From the IMG/VR virus record IMGVR_UViG_3300005613_002762, positions 1-64,000 of that record: a stretch of 64,000 bases of DNA. The stretch is one strand, 5' to 3'. Positions 50,783 to 60,070 of the stretch are shown one piece after another. A program made the position numbers and the translations under genes. This DNA is from a virus. The notes under the pieces were generated by a model. It worked only from the letters and a program-made list of their open reading frames with translations. It was not told the DNA's origin and ran no database searches. Each line of letters starts with the position of its first letter. The stretch's first letter is position 1.

Positions 50783-51721
50783 TCAACTTACAATTTCCAA
50801 AACTTTTAGATAAACTTGTAAAACTGATGGGTGACATTCAAATGATTTTTTATTTTCCAAACAATTAACAAGAGACGGAATACCTTGTATTGATCCCCAC
50901 TCTCTAACTCCATGTTTCATATCAGACGCACAATGTAATCCACACCCACCATTGACATAATGATATTTGTATTGTTGTGAACCATGTCTGTATGGTGATC
51001 TAAACTCAGGATTTATTGAACTTCCTAATTGTATAATTTCACAATCTGTTGTTCCTGCCAAATGTAAAAGACCTGAATCCATTGTTATAAAACAAGAACA
51101 ATTATTTATTAAATACCAAGTTTGATCAAGAGATGTTTGGTTCATTAAGTTATGTCCTAACTTTATTGGAAAATCAAAAACTGGTTTATCAACATTTGAC
51201 CCCCCTAACTCTGATGAATTCTTTCCAATTGAAATTACCGATATTCCTTTTTCATTTAATAGTTGTGTTAACATTTGCCAATTTTTTGCGGACCAAGTTC
51301 TTGAATTCCAATTTTGAACGGGATGTATTAAAACGTATTTATTAGGTAAATGTGGAAGTATCACATCTTCGTTTGGGATATAGTCCAAAGTCATTTCATC
51401 TTTGGTTAACATAAACCCAAGATTAATTGCGTGTAATTGTCTAATGTCCATCACATTATGTTTATTACAAACTCCATTGTCTTTATATGAAACATCAAAC
51501 GTGGAAAGTATCTGATAGTCAGATTTAATTTTATCTAGTAATTCGGAAGTATATTGAAAACTATCTTTTACGTATGGTAGATTTAAAAATATTTCAGAGT
51601 GGTGTGATATAACTGAAACTTGGTTATTATAAGTTTGACTTATTTTTTTAACAACGGGTGTTGCACATATTGTATCACCTAAAGCCCTACAACCTGTAAT
51701 ATCAATACAAATTTCTTTCAC
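50783..51721 (-). CDS. GT9 (heptosyltransferase-like) glycosyltransferase with Cys-rich C-terminus
   Basis: ALGDTICATP, YVLIHP...RTWS..NW, LMNQTSLDQT, FITMDSGLLHLAG; CGLHC...C...ECHP; GTG start. Confidence 0.8.
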   Translation of the reverse strand: MKEICIDITGCRALGDTICATPVVKKISQTYNNQVSVISHHSEIFLNLPYVKDSFQYTSELLDKIKSDYQILSTFDVSYKDNGVCNKHNVMDIRQLHAINLGFMLTKDEMTLDYIPNEDVILPHLPNKYVLIHPVQNWNSRTWSAKNWQMLTQLLNEKGISVISIGKNSSELGGSNVDKPVFDFPIKLGHNLMNQTSLDQTWYLINNCSCFITMDSGLLHLAGTTDCEIIQLGSSINPEFRSPYRHGSQQYKYHYVNGGCGLHCASDMKHGVREWGSIQGIPSLVNCLENKKSFECHPSVLQVYLKVLEIVS

Positions 51722-51754
51722 GATACAATAATAACTTATTCACAAATAAATTGA

Positions 51755-54688
51755 ATGAATTATTTTTCTTATATGAAAAAAATTAAATTATTGTATTTGG
51801 TTCCCCATCTTTCAACAGGAGGAATGCCTCAATTTGCATTAAAAAGAATTGAGTCACTTCAAAAATTCAAGGATCAAATAGAAATATTTTTAATTGAATA
51901 CTCGCAATTTAGCACAATATATTTGGTTCAAAGAAATAAGATTTTAGAATTATTAGACGATAATCATTTTTTTTCGTTGGGTGGATTTACCGAAGTTGAA
52001 AAAAAACATAAGTTAATTGATATTCTAAATGAAAATGAAATAGACATCGTTCATATTGAAGAAATTCCAGAAGGGTTTGAAAGTTTTAATAAAATACCAT
52101 TAAACTTATTAAATCAACTTTATGATAATGACAGATCTTGGAAAATAATTGAGTCATGTCATAATGTTTGGTATAATCCTGAAAATAAAAAACTTCACCC
52201 TGACGCATATTCATTTGTCACCCCATATCATTTTGAAACATTTAAATCTGAAAAATCATATAAGAAACTTCATACATATCCATATGAAAATAAAATTGAT
52301 CCGATATTAAAAGAATTAAATATATTTTTAACCGAACACAGAGTTCCGTTACTTAAAAAATTAACAGAAAGAGAAAAGTTAAAAATAGACCTAACTAAAA
52401 CACATATCTTAAATGTTGGGTTATGGACCGAAGGAAAAAATCAAAAAGAGGGTATTGAAGTTGCAAGATTACTTGAAAATAGTCATCCCGATTTACATTT
52501 TCATTTCATTGGAAATCAAGCGGAAAATTTTGAATCTTATTGGAAACCAATTATGGAAAACCTGCCGAGTAATGTTACCGTATGGGGTGAAAGAAGTGAT
52601 GTTGATTCATTTATGATTGCTTGTGATGTTATGATGTTTAATTCGGTTTGGGAATGTAATCCGTTGGTAATTAGAGAATCAATCAATTATGGTATGAAAA
52701 TTATTGCAAGAAACTTTTCACACTATATGGGAATGTTTGATAACTATATCACACCAATAGAAACTAATGATTGTTTAAACATTTCTAATCAACTATTAAA
52801 ACTTATTAGTAGTGATAAAACATATGAAATAGAAAATCAAAAAGATTTTGGAAAAGATCTTTTATCTTTTTACGATGAGGTTTTAAAAATTGAAAAATAC
52901 AATAATAACCCGATTGAAAACGATTATGTTATTAAACAACATTTTGTTGTAAACCCGTTTTTTGAAATATTGGGTCAGGGGGATAGAGAATTTAATATTA
53001 AATTATTTGATGAGAAATCTTTGGTTTATGAAAACAACATTAAAATAAATAGTTGGGTTAAACTCAACCGAGAATATTATACAAAATGGAAAACTGAAGT
53101 TAGAGAAAACAACAATCTTATTTATGAAAATGTTTTAGATCTAAAAGACAAAAGAGTTTATATTTCTTTTGGGTCAAAATCTCTTGGTGATACATTAGCA
53201 TGGATCCCATATTGTGAAGAGTTTAGATTAAAACATAATTGTAAGTTGATAGTTTCAACATTTATGAATTATTTGTTTAAAACACAATACCCCGAAATAG
53301 AGTTTGTTGAACCTGGCGAAGTTGTTTTAAACATTCAGGCACAATATAGATTGGGTTGGTTTTATAATGAAAATGGAGAATTAAACTCCAATATTCATAA
53401 AACAGATATTAAAACACAACCACTTCAAAAAACGGCAACCGATATTCTTGGTTTAGACTATAAAGAAATAAGACCAAATCTTAATTTACCAAATGTAGAA
53501 AAAAAGAAAAAAGTTGGGATCGGTTTTCATTCTACAGCACAAGCAAAATATTGGAACAATAAAAGTGGTTGGCAAGAAGTTGTTGATTACTTAAATAATC
53601 TTGGGTATGAATGTATGATTTACTCAAAAGAAGGTGATGGTTATATGAATAACTTTTACCCAAAAGGAGTTTCAGTTTTTAAAGGTGGAAACTTACAAGA
53701 GGTAATTAATGATCTATCCACTTGTGAATTTTTTGTAGGTCTTGGATCAGGTTTATCTTGGTTGGCTTGGGCTTGTAAACTACCCGTTGTTCTTATATCA
53801 GGGTTTAGTGAAAAATGGGCAGAAACAAAATTAGATACATATAGGGTAATAAATGAAAACGTTTGTCATGGATGTTTTAATTGGGATAGATTAGACGCAG
53901 GAGATTGGAATTGGTGTCCTTTACATAAAGGAACTGATCGTCAATTTGAGTGTTCAAAACAAATAACATCTGAAATGGTGATAAAAGAAATTAATAAAAT
54001 TATGAATAAAGAAGAAAAGTCCATTCAAATTGATGAGGTTACATTTGATTGGGGTAAAAAAAGTGAATGGTATGTGAGTCAAGCAACTCAAGAAATATTT
54101 GAGTATAACATATATGAAAGATTATTTGAAGTAGAAGAAGGTGATGTTGTTGTTGATTTAGGAGCATCATTAGGACCATTTACATATTCAATACTTCCAA
54201 AAAATCCAAAACAATGTTTTGTGGTGGAACCATTATCTTATCACATAGATATTTTAAATAAAAATGTGGGACGAGAAAATGTTAAAATTATTCAAGGGGC
54301 AATTTCAGATAAAAAGAAATTAGAAATCACTTGGGATAATATTACAGAAACTTCACCAACATTTACCTTTAAAGAATTTTTAGATGATAATAACATAAAT
54401 AAAATAGACTTTTTAAAATGTGACTGCGAGGGGGGTGAGTATGATGTGTTTTCTAAAAGTAATATTGAGTTCTTAAAAACAATACCAAAAATTGTTGTTG
54501 AGTTTCATTTAAGAAATGACGAAAACTTTCACCAATGTAAGTTCAGATGGTTTAGAGACAATATTCTAAATATGTTTGAAAACTTTGAAGTGTATTCTAT
54601 TGATGGTGTAAATATAAAGTGGGATCTTTGGAACGAACACTTTATTGAATATTATAACGAAGTTATTTTTTATTTTGATAATAGATAA
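51755..54688 (+). CDS. Fusion: GT4-like domain + TibC/Aah-type protein O-heptosyltransferase + FkbM-type methyltransferase
   Basis: GT4: PHLSTGGMPQF, NVGLWTEGKNQ, FNSVWECNPLVIRES. Heptosyltransferase: SKSLGDTLAW.PY.EEFR.KH.C, QPLQKTATDILGL, STAQAKYWNN..GWQEVVDYL, FVGLGSGLSWLAW...VVLISGFS, CHGC...WCP...ECSKQI. FkbM: VVDLGASLG, VEP, FLKCDCEGGEY. The start may be ATG 51773. Confidence 0.85.
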   Translation: MNYFSYMKKIKLLYLVPHLSTGGMPQFALKRIESLQKFKDQIEIFLIEYSQFSTIYLVQRNKILELLDDNHFFSLGGFTEVEKKHKLIDILNENEIDIVHIEEIPEGFESFNKIPLNLLNQLYDNDRSWKIIESCHNVWYNPENKKLHPDAYSFVTPYHFETFKSEKSYKKLHTYPYENKIDPILKELNIFLTEHRVPLLKKLTEREKLKIDLTKTHILNVGLWTEGKNQKEGIEVARLLENSHPDLHFHFIGNQAENFESYWKPIMENLPSNVTVWGERSDVDSFMIACDVMMFNSVWECNPLVIRESINYGMKIIARNFSHYMGMFDNYITPIETNDCLNISNQLLKLISSDKTYEIENQKDFGKDLLSFYDEVLKIEKYNNNPIENDYVIKQHFVVNPFFEILGQGDREFNIKLFDEKSLVYENNIKINSWVKLNREYYTKWKTEVRENNNLIYENVLDLKDKRVYISFGSKSLGDTLAWIPYCEEFRLKHNCKLIVSTFMNYLFKTQYPEIEFVEPGEVVLNIQAQYRLGWFYNENGELNSNIHKTDIKTQPLQKTATDILGLDYKEIRPNLNLPNVEKKKKVGIGFHSTAQAKYWNNKSGWQEVVDYLNNLGYECMIYSKEGDGYMNNFYPKGVSVFKGGNLQEVINDLSTCEFFVGLGSGLSWLAWACKLPVVLISGFSEKWAETKLDTYRVINENVCHGCFNWDRLDAGDWNWCPLHKGTDRQFECSKQITSEMVIKEINKIMNKEEKSIQIDEVTFDWGKKSEWYVSQATQEIFEYNIYERLFEVEEGDVVVDLGASLGPFTYSILPKNPKQCFVVEPLSYHIDILNKNVGRENVKIIQGAISDKKKLEITWDNITETSPTFTFKEFLDDNNINKIDFLKCDCEGGEYDVFSKSNIEFLKTIPKIVVEFHLRNDENFHQCKFRWFRDNILNMFENFEVYSIDGVNIKWDLWNEHFIEYYNEVIFYFDNR

Positions 54689-55204
54689 TTAACCATTGGC
54701 CGCTTTTATCCATTGACAAGTTAAACTTTCGGCACTATTGGCAACAAGTCCTGACACTATCAAATAAACGTCGGATGTCCAATTTATTGATAATGTACTA
54801 AATCCTCCTGTGTAATTATACGAACCCATGTCATCTCTACCATTGAACGATGTTGAAACAACTTGTGTACCATTTCCTGAACCATCGGCTGTGACAATTG
54901 CAAGTCTTCTGTAATTTTGTGCTGCCCTTGTTGATGTCCCAAAATTAGAAAATGTTGCTAAAAGTGTTGCCCCAACTAAAGAGGATGATGTGTTGTAATA
55001 AAAGTATGTACTACCTTGATACACTCCACCTGATTTTGTTACACAGGTTTCTAATGTTACAATATCGTTTGATGAAAAAGTATTCGCAGGTATTAATATT
55101 GAGTGTATAAGTGTATTGGATAATGAATTTACACTCCCTGTTGGAGTTGTTGTTGTTACAATTTTATACAAATTACCAACATTAAAATTATTAATTTTAG
55201 CCAT
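54689..55204 (-). CDS. Fibre-associated beta-sandwich protein, IPANTF paralog 3
   Basis: IPANTF..ND, RRLAIVTADGSGNGT, INWTSDVYLIVSG, CQWIK. Confidence 0.65.
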   Translation of the reverse strand: MAKINNFNVGNLYKIVTTTTPTGSVNSLSNTLIHSILIPANTFSSNDIVTLETCVTKSGGVYQGSTYFYYNTSSSLVGATLLATFSNFGTSTRAAQNYRRLAIVTADGSGNGTQVVSTSFNGRDDMGSYNYTGGFSTLSINWTSDVYLIVSGLVANSAESLTCQWIKAANG

Positions 55205-55718
55205 TTGTTACTCTCATCCATTGACAGTTTATTGAATCTGAAGCATTTGCGACGTTTCCAGCAATAATAACCCAACTATCAACCGTCCAATTTATTGCTA
55301 ATGATGTGTTAACATAGTTACCTATTCTTAGGTAATCTTGATAAACATTATCGGTGTTTAGATGATTAAAAGTGCCATCACCACTCCCGTCGGCAGTTAC
55401 TATTGACGCTCTTCTTGAAAAAAAAATTGGTGTTGTTGTTGTACCAACAACATTAGTATATTGTAACATTTGTAAGGGTGTCGGTGAAGATATACTATCA
55501 GCACTATTCCAGTAAAGTTTGAAACTAGATAAACCATTACTTCCTGTTTTTTTTATGGCAACTTCTATTTTAATTACATCACCAACCCCAAAGGTGTTCG
55601 CAGGAATGTTTATAGACGCTAATTTTGTTTCTAAAGTTGACGAAGTTGTGGGTTGAGGAGTCGTCAAATTTACCGTTTTAAACGGACTATACATATTATA
55701 TCCTATTATCTGAGTCAT
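55197..55718 (-). CDS. Fibre-associated beta-sandwich protein, IPANTF paralog 2
   Basis: IPANTFGVGD, YWN, RRASIVTADGSGDGT, INWTVDSWVIIAG, CQWMR. Confidence 0.65.
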   Translation of the reverse strand: MTQIIGYNMYSPFKTVNLTTPQPTTSSTLETKLASINIPANTFGVGDVIKIEVAIKKTGSNGLSSFKLYWNSADSISSPTPLQMLQYTNVVGTTTTPIFFSRRASIVTADGSGDGTFNHLNTDNVYQDYLRIGNYVNTSLAINWTVDSWVIIAGNVANASDSINCQWMRVTNG

Positions 55719-55977
55719 TATAACCGTATATGTAATTTACCAAATCGTTTATTGTGTCAAATGTGTTATTATCAATACTAACCTCATTAAGTTTAAAAAA
55801 AATAATGTTTTCGTCTAATTCAATAGATAATTCATAAGGGTTATATGAAAAATAACCTCTAGTTCCTTCTTCATCTACATAAGTGAAAGTAAGTTCTCTT
55901 GGAACATCTAAAAATGAATTTCCTTCAGAACCATTTTTTTTTACTAATGTATTTTTTATTTTTTCTAAATATATCAT
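55696..55977 (-). CDS. Hypothetical protein
   Basis: 93-aa acidic ORF packed between the paralogs. Confidence 0.6.
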   Translation of the reverse strand: MIYLEKIKNTLVKKNGSEGNSFLDVPRELTFTYVDEEGTRGYFSYNPYELSIELDENIIFFKLNEVSIDNNTFDTINDLVNYIYGYNDSDNRI

Positions 55978-55978
55978 A

Positions 55979-56488
55979 TCAGTTTGTAACTTTTAAAAAT
56001 TGTGATCTAACACCTGTCCCTGTACCACTATATCCAGCAATAATAATATAACTATCAACAGTCCAATTTAATACTACACCAGTACTTATTGCGAAAGACG
56101 CCACCGCAAAATCACTATCCAGTGCGTTTCCAACACCATATAATATTGAACCATTACCTGTTCCATTAGCAACTGAAATGGATAATCTTCTATTGTGAAC
56201 TGCGTTAACATTTGCATTTGAATATGTTCTTGTCATTAATTGGACGGGGGTTGTTAAATCATCGGTCTCATTCCAATATAAATATTGAATTAAATTTCCC
56301 GTAGTTAGTCCTGTAAGTCTCAAACGATATTCTATGTGTAATATATCACCGGCAACAAAAGTATTTGCAGGTATAAAAACAGATGTTATCTTCGTATTTA
56401 CTGATGCATTAACATAACTACTCGGAATAGAATTACATATAGAAACTTGTTTATCATTATAAAAATCATAACCGTTAAACTTACTCAT
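55979..56488 (-). CDS. Fibre-associated beta-sandwich protein, IPANTF paralog 1
   Basis: IPANTFVAGD, YWN, RRLSISVANGTGNGS, LNWTVDSYIIIAG. Confidence 0.65.
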   Translation of the reverse strand: MSKFNGYDFYNDKQVSICNSIPSSYVNASVNTKITSVFIPANTFVAGDILHIEYRLRLTGLTTGNLIQYLYWNETDDLTTPVQLMTRTYSNANVNAVHNRRLSISVANGTGNGSILYGVGNALDSDFAVASFAISTGVVLNWTVDSYIIIAGYSGTGTGVRSQFLKVTN

Positions 56489-56491
56489 ATC

Positions 56492-59400
56492 TTATATTTC
56501 TACCCAACTATTATCAGGACTAAAATAAATTATTTCATTTGTTCCGTCTATACTATAACCAATAATTCTAATAACATCACCACTTGATGATGGTGCGGTA
56601 GTTGTCACTCCACCTGCAGTTGTCGATACGTAAATTATATCACCTGTATTTGTTGTAAATCCTGAATTTCTAATATATCCTCTAACCAACATACCGTCCG
56701 AAGCCGAGGTACCAAGAGCAAATGCTAACATCCCTGTCGATGATGATGTGGCGTTTGCATCTGCAGATGACCAAGAACCCAAGGAGTCCAAGTAATATAA
56801 ATTACCGGCAGTCAATGAACCACCGCCAAAAGTTACAATATCACCATATCCTTCTACAGATGTTGTTAATTCTGTAGTTGGGTTATGTATAAACGAAGTG
56901 TCTCCAGAAACTATTAATTTTCTTGATGGTGTATCAGTTCCAATACCAACATTATCTGTAGAGGCATCAACATAAAATAAATTACTATCAGAACCCCCTT
57001 TTATTTGAAAGTCTGATGTTGTAGTATTGGAATTATTAAATATTGCAATACCTTCGTCCGCAAAAACTGAGTAATTATCACCAGCACCTGCGGCACTAAC
57101 TCTTAAACCATAATTCTCTTTTGCGTCATTTTGTACTAAAATGTTAACACCGTATTTTATTGAGGATAAAGGGTTACTTGTTCCGTAAACATGAAAATAA
57201 CCTCCTGTCTGTGTGTCTCCACCGCCACTATCAACGTTAAAATTGTCAATTTTTATACCATAAGAACTTCCAACATTTCCCGGCAATACCGATTCAAATC
57301 CGATATTAAAGTCACTACCATCAGAAACCGCAGTAGAAATTCCCCAATGATTTTCAGATACACCACCAATCGTAAACTCAGCACCTATTTTATCACCTAA
57401 ATTGTCATCTGAGTTTGCAAAAACATCACCCCTTATTCCGGTTTGTCTTGATGAACCTTTAGTCGTATTATTTAATATTTGAAGTCCGACATTATCACCA
57501 AAAGAGGTATTATTACCAACCAATATGTCAATACCGACATTTATTATTGTTGCGTCATAAGTAGTAACTTTTTGACCTGTTAATTCAATTATCGTTGATT
57601 GATCACCAATCGATTCTATGTTTATGTTTGAATATCCTGTAGTTTGATTAGTTTGCTGAGAACTAACATATAGAGCGTATGTACCACTACCAACAGTATC
57701 TACAATGTTTTGATATCCTGTCACATCAAGTCTATTGGTCGCCGCACCAAAAACTAAATTAGTTTCAGCGACAATACCACCTAAACCATCTGATGTTAAC
57801 ACTTGATTGTTTGATCCCCCTACGGTTGGTGAGACTCCGCTAGTTCCATCAGTACCGCTAGTACCGTTTGTACCACTACTTCCTGAGGTTCCATTTGTAC
57901 CTGACGTACCATTAGTCCCACTTGATCCCGACGTGCCGTTTGTTCCTGAAGTTCCGTCTGTACCGCTAGACCCCGAAGTACCATTAGTCCCTGATGTTCC
58001 ATTAGTTCCGCTAGACCCCGAAGTACCATCAGTCCCAGATGTTCCATTAGTACCACTTGTCCCATTTGTACCTGATGAACCGCTAGTACCATTTGTTCCG
58101 CTACTACCACTAGTTCCATTAGTTCCTGAAGAACCTGAGGTTCCGTCCGTTCCGCTAGTTCCATTTGTACCATCAGTCCCGCTTGAACCATTTGTTCCGT
58201 CTGTCCCACTAGTCCCATCAGTTCCTGAAGTTCCATCCGTACCACTTGAGCCCGATGTTCCATCCGTACCGCTAGAACCATTTGTTCCATTTGTACCTGA
58301 GGTACCATCTGTTCCTGAACTCCCACTAGTACCATTAGTTCCATTTGTTCCATCGGTACCGCTAGTTCCATCTGTACCTGAAGATCCATTCGTACCGTCA
58401 GTTCCTGAACTACCATTAGTACCATCTGTTCCGCTAGTACCGTCTGTCCCCGAAGATCCGTTAGTTCCATCAGTCCCACTTGTTCCATTAGTCCCCGAAG
58501 ATCCGTTTGTACCTGAAGTACCATTAATACCACTAGTACCGTCAGTTCCACTTGAGCCTGATGTACCATTGGTCCCTGAACTTCCATTAGTACCATCAGT
58601 TCCGCTAGTACCATCTGTACCACTTGAGCCATTTGTTCCGTCTGTTCCACTAGTACCATCAGTACCCGAAGTCCCATCAGTTCCGCTAGATCCATTTGTA
58701 CCCGATGTTCCGTCCGTTCCTGAACTACCACTTGAACCATTAGTTCCGTCTGTTCCTGAAGTACCATCAGTACCCGAAGATCCATTTGTTCCGTCTGTTC
58801 CTGAAGTTCCATCTGTACCAGATGTTCCATCAGTACCATTAGTTCCTGAAGTTCCGTTAGTTCCACTTGTTCCATTAGATCCACTAGTACCGCTTGTTCC
58901 ATCTGTTCCTGAACTACCATTAGTTCCGTCTGTTCCGCTAGTCCCGTTTGTACCGCTACTACCACTAGATCCATTTGTTCCACTAGTACCATTAGTCCCT
59001 GATGATCCGTCAGTTCCGCTAGTTCCATCACTACCATTTGTTCCACTTGTTCCTGAACTACCACTCGTCCCTGAACTACCACTTGTTCCTGATGTTCCGT
59101 TTGTTCCTGAACTCCCATCAGTCCCTGATGTTCCATTCGTCCCACTTGAACCTGAAGTTCCGCTACTTCCTGATGACCCATCGGTTCCATTGGTTCCGCT
59201 ACTTCCTGACGACCCATCGGTTCCATTTGTCCCTGATGATCCATTAGTTCCTGACGATCCATTAGTTCCTGATGATCCATTAGTTCCTGATGATCCATTA
59301 GTTCCTGATGACCCACTTGTTCCTGATGACCCACTCGACCCGTTAGTTCCGTTAGTTCCACTCGACCCGTTAGTTCCGTTTGTACCTGATGTTCCATTTG

Positions 59401-59710
59401 TACCACTGGTTCCATTAGTTCCTGACGATCCATTTGTACCACTAGTCCCGTTAGTTCCTGATGTTCCATCAAAACCGTTAGTTCCGCTAGTTCCATTCGT
59501 CCCATCAGTTCCGCTAGTTCCATTAGTCCCTGACGTTCCACTAGGACCTGTCGATCCACTTAATATTGCTTGTAAATCACTCAACGGAGCAAAATAGGAA
59601 GATCCTTGAGGGCTTTGTGATGTATCTCCTGTAACAACGACATGAAAAATGTCATTTAAGGTTACTGCGGATACTTTTTGTCGGTCTGTTAATCTATTGT
59701 ATGTCGGCAT
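56492..59710 (-). CDS. Fibre protein with a long Gly-X-Y (Ser/Thr/Asn/Asp) collagen-like shaft, a beta-solenoid-like middle and a C-terminal cap
   Basis: About 190 GXY triplets, then NNQVLTSDG.G...ETNL.F, NVGIGTDTPSRKL.V.G and GDIIYVSTTAGGVTTTAPS.SGDVIRIIGY, all common phage fibre motifs. Confidence 0.8.
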   Translation of the reverse strand: MPTYNRLTDRQKVSAVTLNDIFHVVVTGDTSQSPQGSSYFAPLSDLQAILSGSTGPSGTSGTNGTSGTDGTNGTSGTNGFDGTSGTNGTSGTNGSSGTNGTSGTNGTSGTNGTNGSSGTNGTNGSSGSSGTSGSSGTNGSSGTNGSSGTNGSSGTNGSSGTNGTDGSSGSSGTNGTDGSSGSSGTSGSSGTNGTSGTDGSSGTNGTSGTSGSSGTSGSSGTSGTNGSDGTSGTDGSSGTNGTSGTNGSSGSSGTNGTSGTDGTNGSSGTDGTSGTSGSNGTSGTNGTSGTNGTDGTSGTDGTSGTDGTNGSSGTDGTSGTDGTNGSSGSSGTDGTSGTNGSSGTDGTSGTDGTSGTDGTNGSSGTDGTSGTDGTNGSSGTNGTSGSSGTDGTSGINGTSGTNGSSGTNGTSGTDGTNGSSGTDGTSGTDGTNGSSGTDGTNGSSGTDGTSGTDGTNGTNGTSGSSGTDGTSGTNGTNGSSGTDGTSGSSGTDGTSGTDGTSGTDGTNGSSGTDGTNGTSGTDGTSGSSGTNGTSGSSGTNGTSGSSGTNGTSGTNGTSGTDGTSGSSGTNGTSGTNGTSGSSGTDGTSGTNGTSGSSGTNGTSGTNGTSGSSGTNGTSGTDGTSGVSPTVGGSNNQVLTSDGLGGIVAETNLVFGAATNRLDVTGYQNIVDTVGSGTYALYVSSQQTNQTTGYSNINIESIGDQSTIIELTGQKVTTYDATIINVGIDILVGNNTSFGDNVGLQILNNTTKGSSRQTGIRGDVFANSDDNLGDKIGAEFTIGGVSENHWGISTAVSDGSDFNIGFESVLPGNVGSSYGIKIDNFNVDSGGGDTQTGGYFHVYGTSNPLSSIKYGVNILVQNDAKENYGLRVSAAGAGDNYSVFADEGIAIFNNSNTTTSDFQIKGGSDSNLFYVDASTDNVGIGTDTPSRKLIVSGDTSFIHNPTTELTTSVEGYGDIVTFGGGSLTAGNLYYLDSLGSWSSADANATSSSTGMLAFALGTSASDGMLVRGYIRNSGFTTNTGDIIYVSTTAGGVTTTAPSSSGDVIRIIGYSIDGTNEIIYFSPDNSWVEI
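57836..59557 (-). repeat. About 1.7-kb degenerate 9-bp-unit coding repeat (GTS/GTN/GTD/GSS)
   Basis: Continuous Gly-X-Y frame for about 574 aa with varied synonymous codons. Confidence 0.95.
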
Positions 59711-59725
59711 ATCATTAATAAATAT

Positions 59726-60022
59726 TTAAGGACCTTGAAATAAAAATATATCTGCGTCTTGAAATAAAAATATTTCGAAGTTTTCAAATTCTTTTCCATA
59801 AATCTCTTCACAAGAAAGAAGATATATTTTTTCACAATTGTTTGAATCGACCACTTTTAAAATAATTGGTGTTGACTGATCTAATGGTGAAGGAACATCA
59901 AACACATATGGAGACGAAGTTATTGCTGAAACAAAAAAACAATAAGTTATTGTTTGATCACAAACATATATATCGAATGGTGATGTTCCACTTAAAGAAT
60001 TTATTTGAATTGTATTTGGCAT
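59726..60022 (-). CDS. Small putative structural protein
   Basis: IQINSLSGTSPFDIYVCD...CFFV...ILKVVDSNNC; TATTTAT motif upstream; co-oriented with the fibre gene. Confidence 0.6.
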   Translation of the reverse strand: MPNTIQINSLSGTSPFDIYVCDQTITYCFFVSAITSSPYVFDVPSPLDQSTPIILKVVDSNNCEKIYLLSCEEIYGKEFENFEIFLFQDADIFLFQGP

Positions 60023-60070
60023 ATTATATAAATATAAACCCTTAAATAAGTATTCATCTATTTATAGTAT

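Larger units (their letters stand above)
2431..60065. promoter_or_regulatory. Dispersed coding-strand TATTTAT motif (putative late promoter), about 17 copies
   Basis: ATAAATA on + before minus-strand genes at 2431, 4803, 9660, 14359, 26827, 28719, 30242, 31154, 34603, 36447, 45791, 46872, 59718, 60028. TATTTAT on + before plus-strand genes at 38248, 40861, 60059. Confidence 0.75.

Noticed and set aside
46885-54688. Glycosyltransferases as DNA-hypermodification enzymes or a captured host LPS operon
   Set aside because: No base-hydroxymethylase, flippase, polymerase or sugar-synthesis genes are nearby, and the identifiable families are protein-directed. Disfavoured, not excluded.
57836-59557. 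Possible CRISPR array or DGR-type repeat
   Set aside because: Units are degenerate 9-bp coding triplets without constant repeats and unique spacers; no cas or reverse transcriptase gene is visible.
57807-59597. 596-aa Pro/Val-rich plus-strand ORF and 579-aa alternative-frame minus-strand ORF
   Set aside because: Both are shadows of the Gly-Thr/Ser repeat, whose codons rarely or never create stops in those frames; both end close to where the repeat ends.
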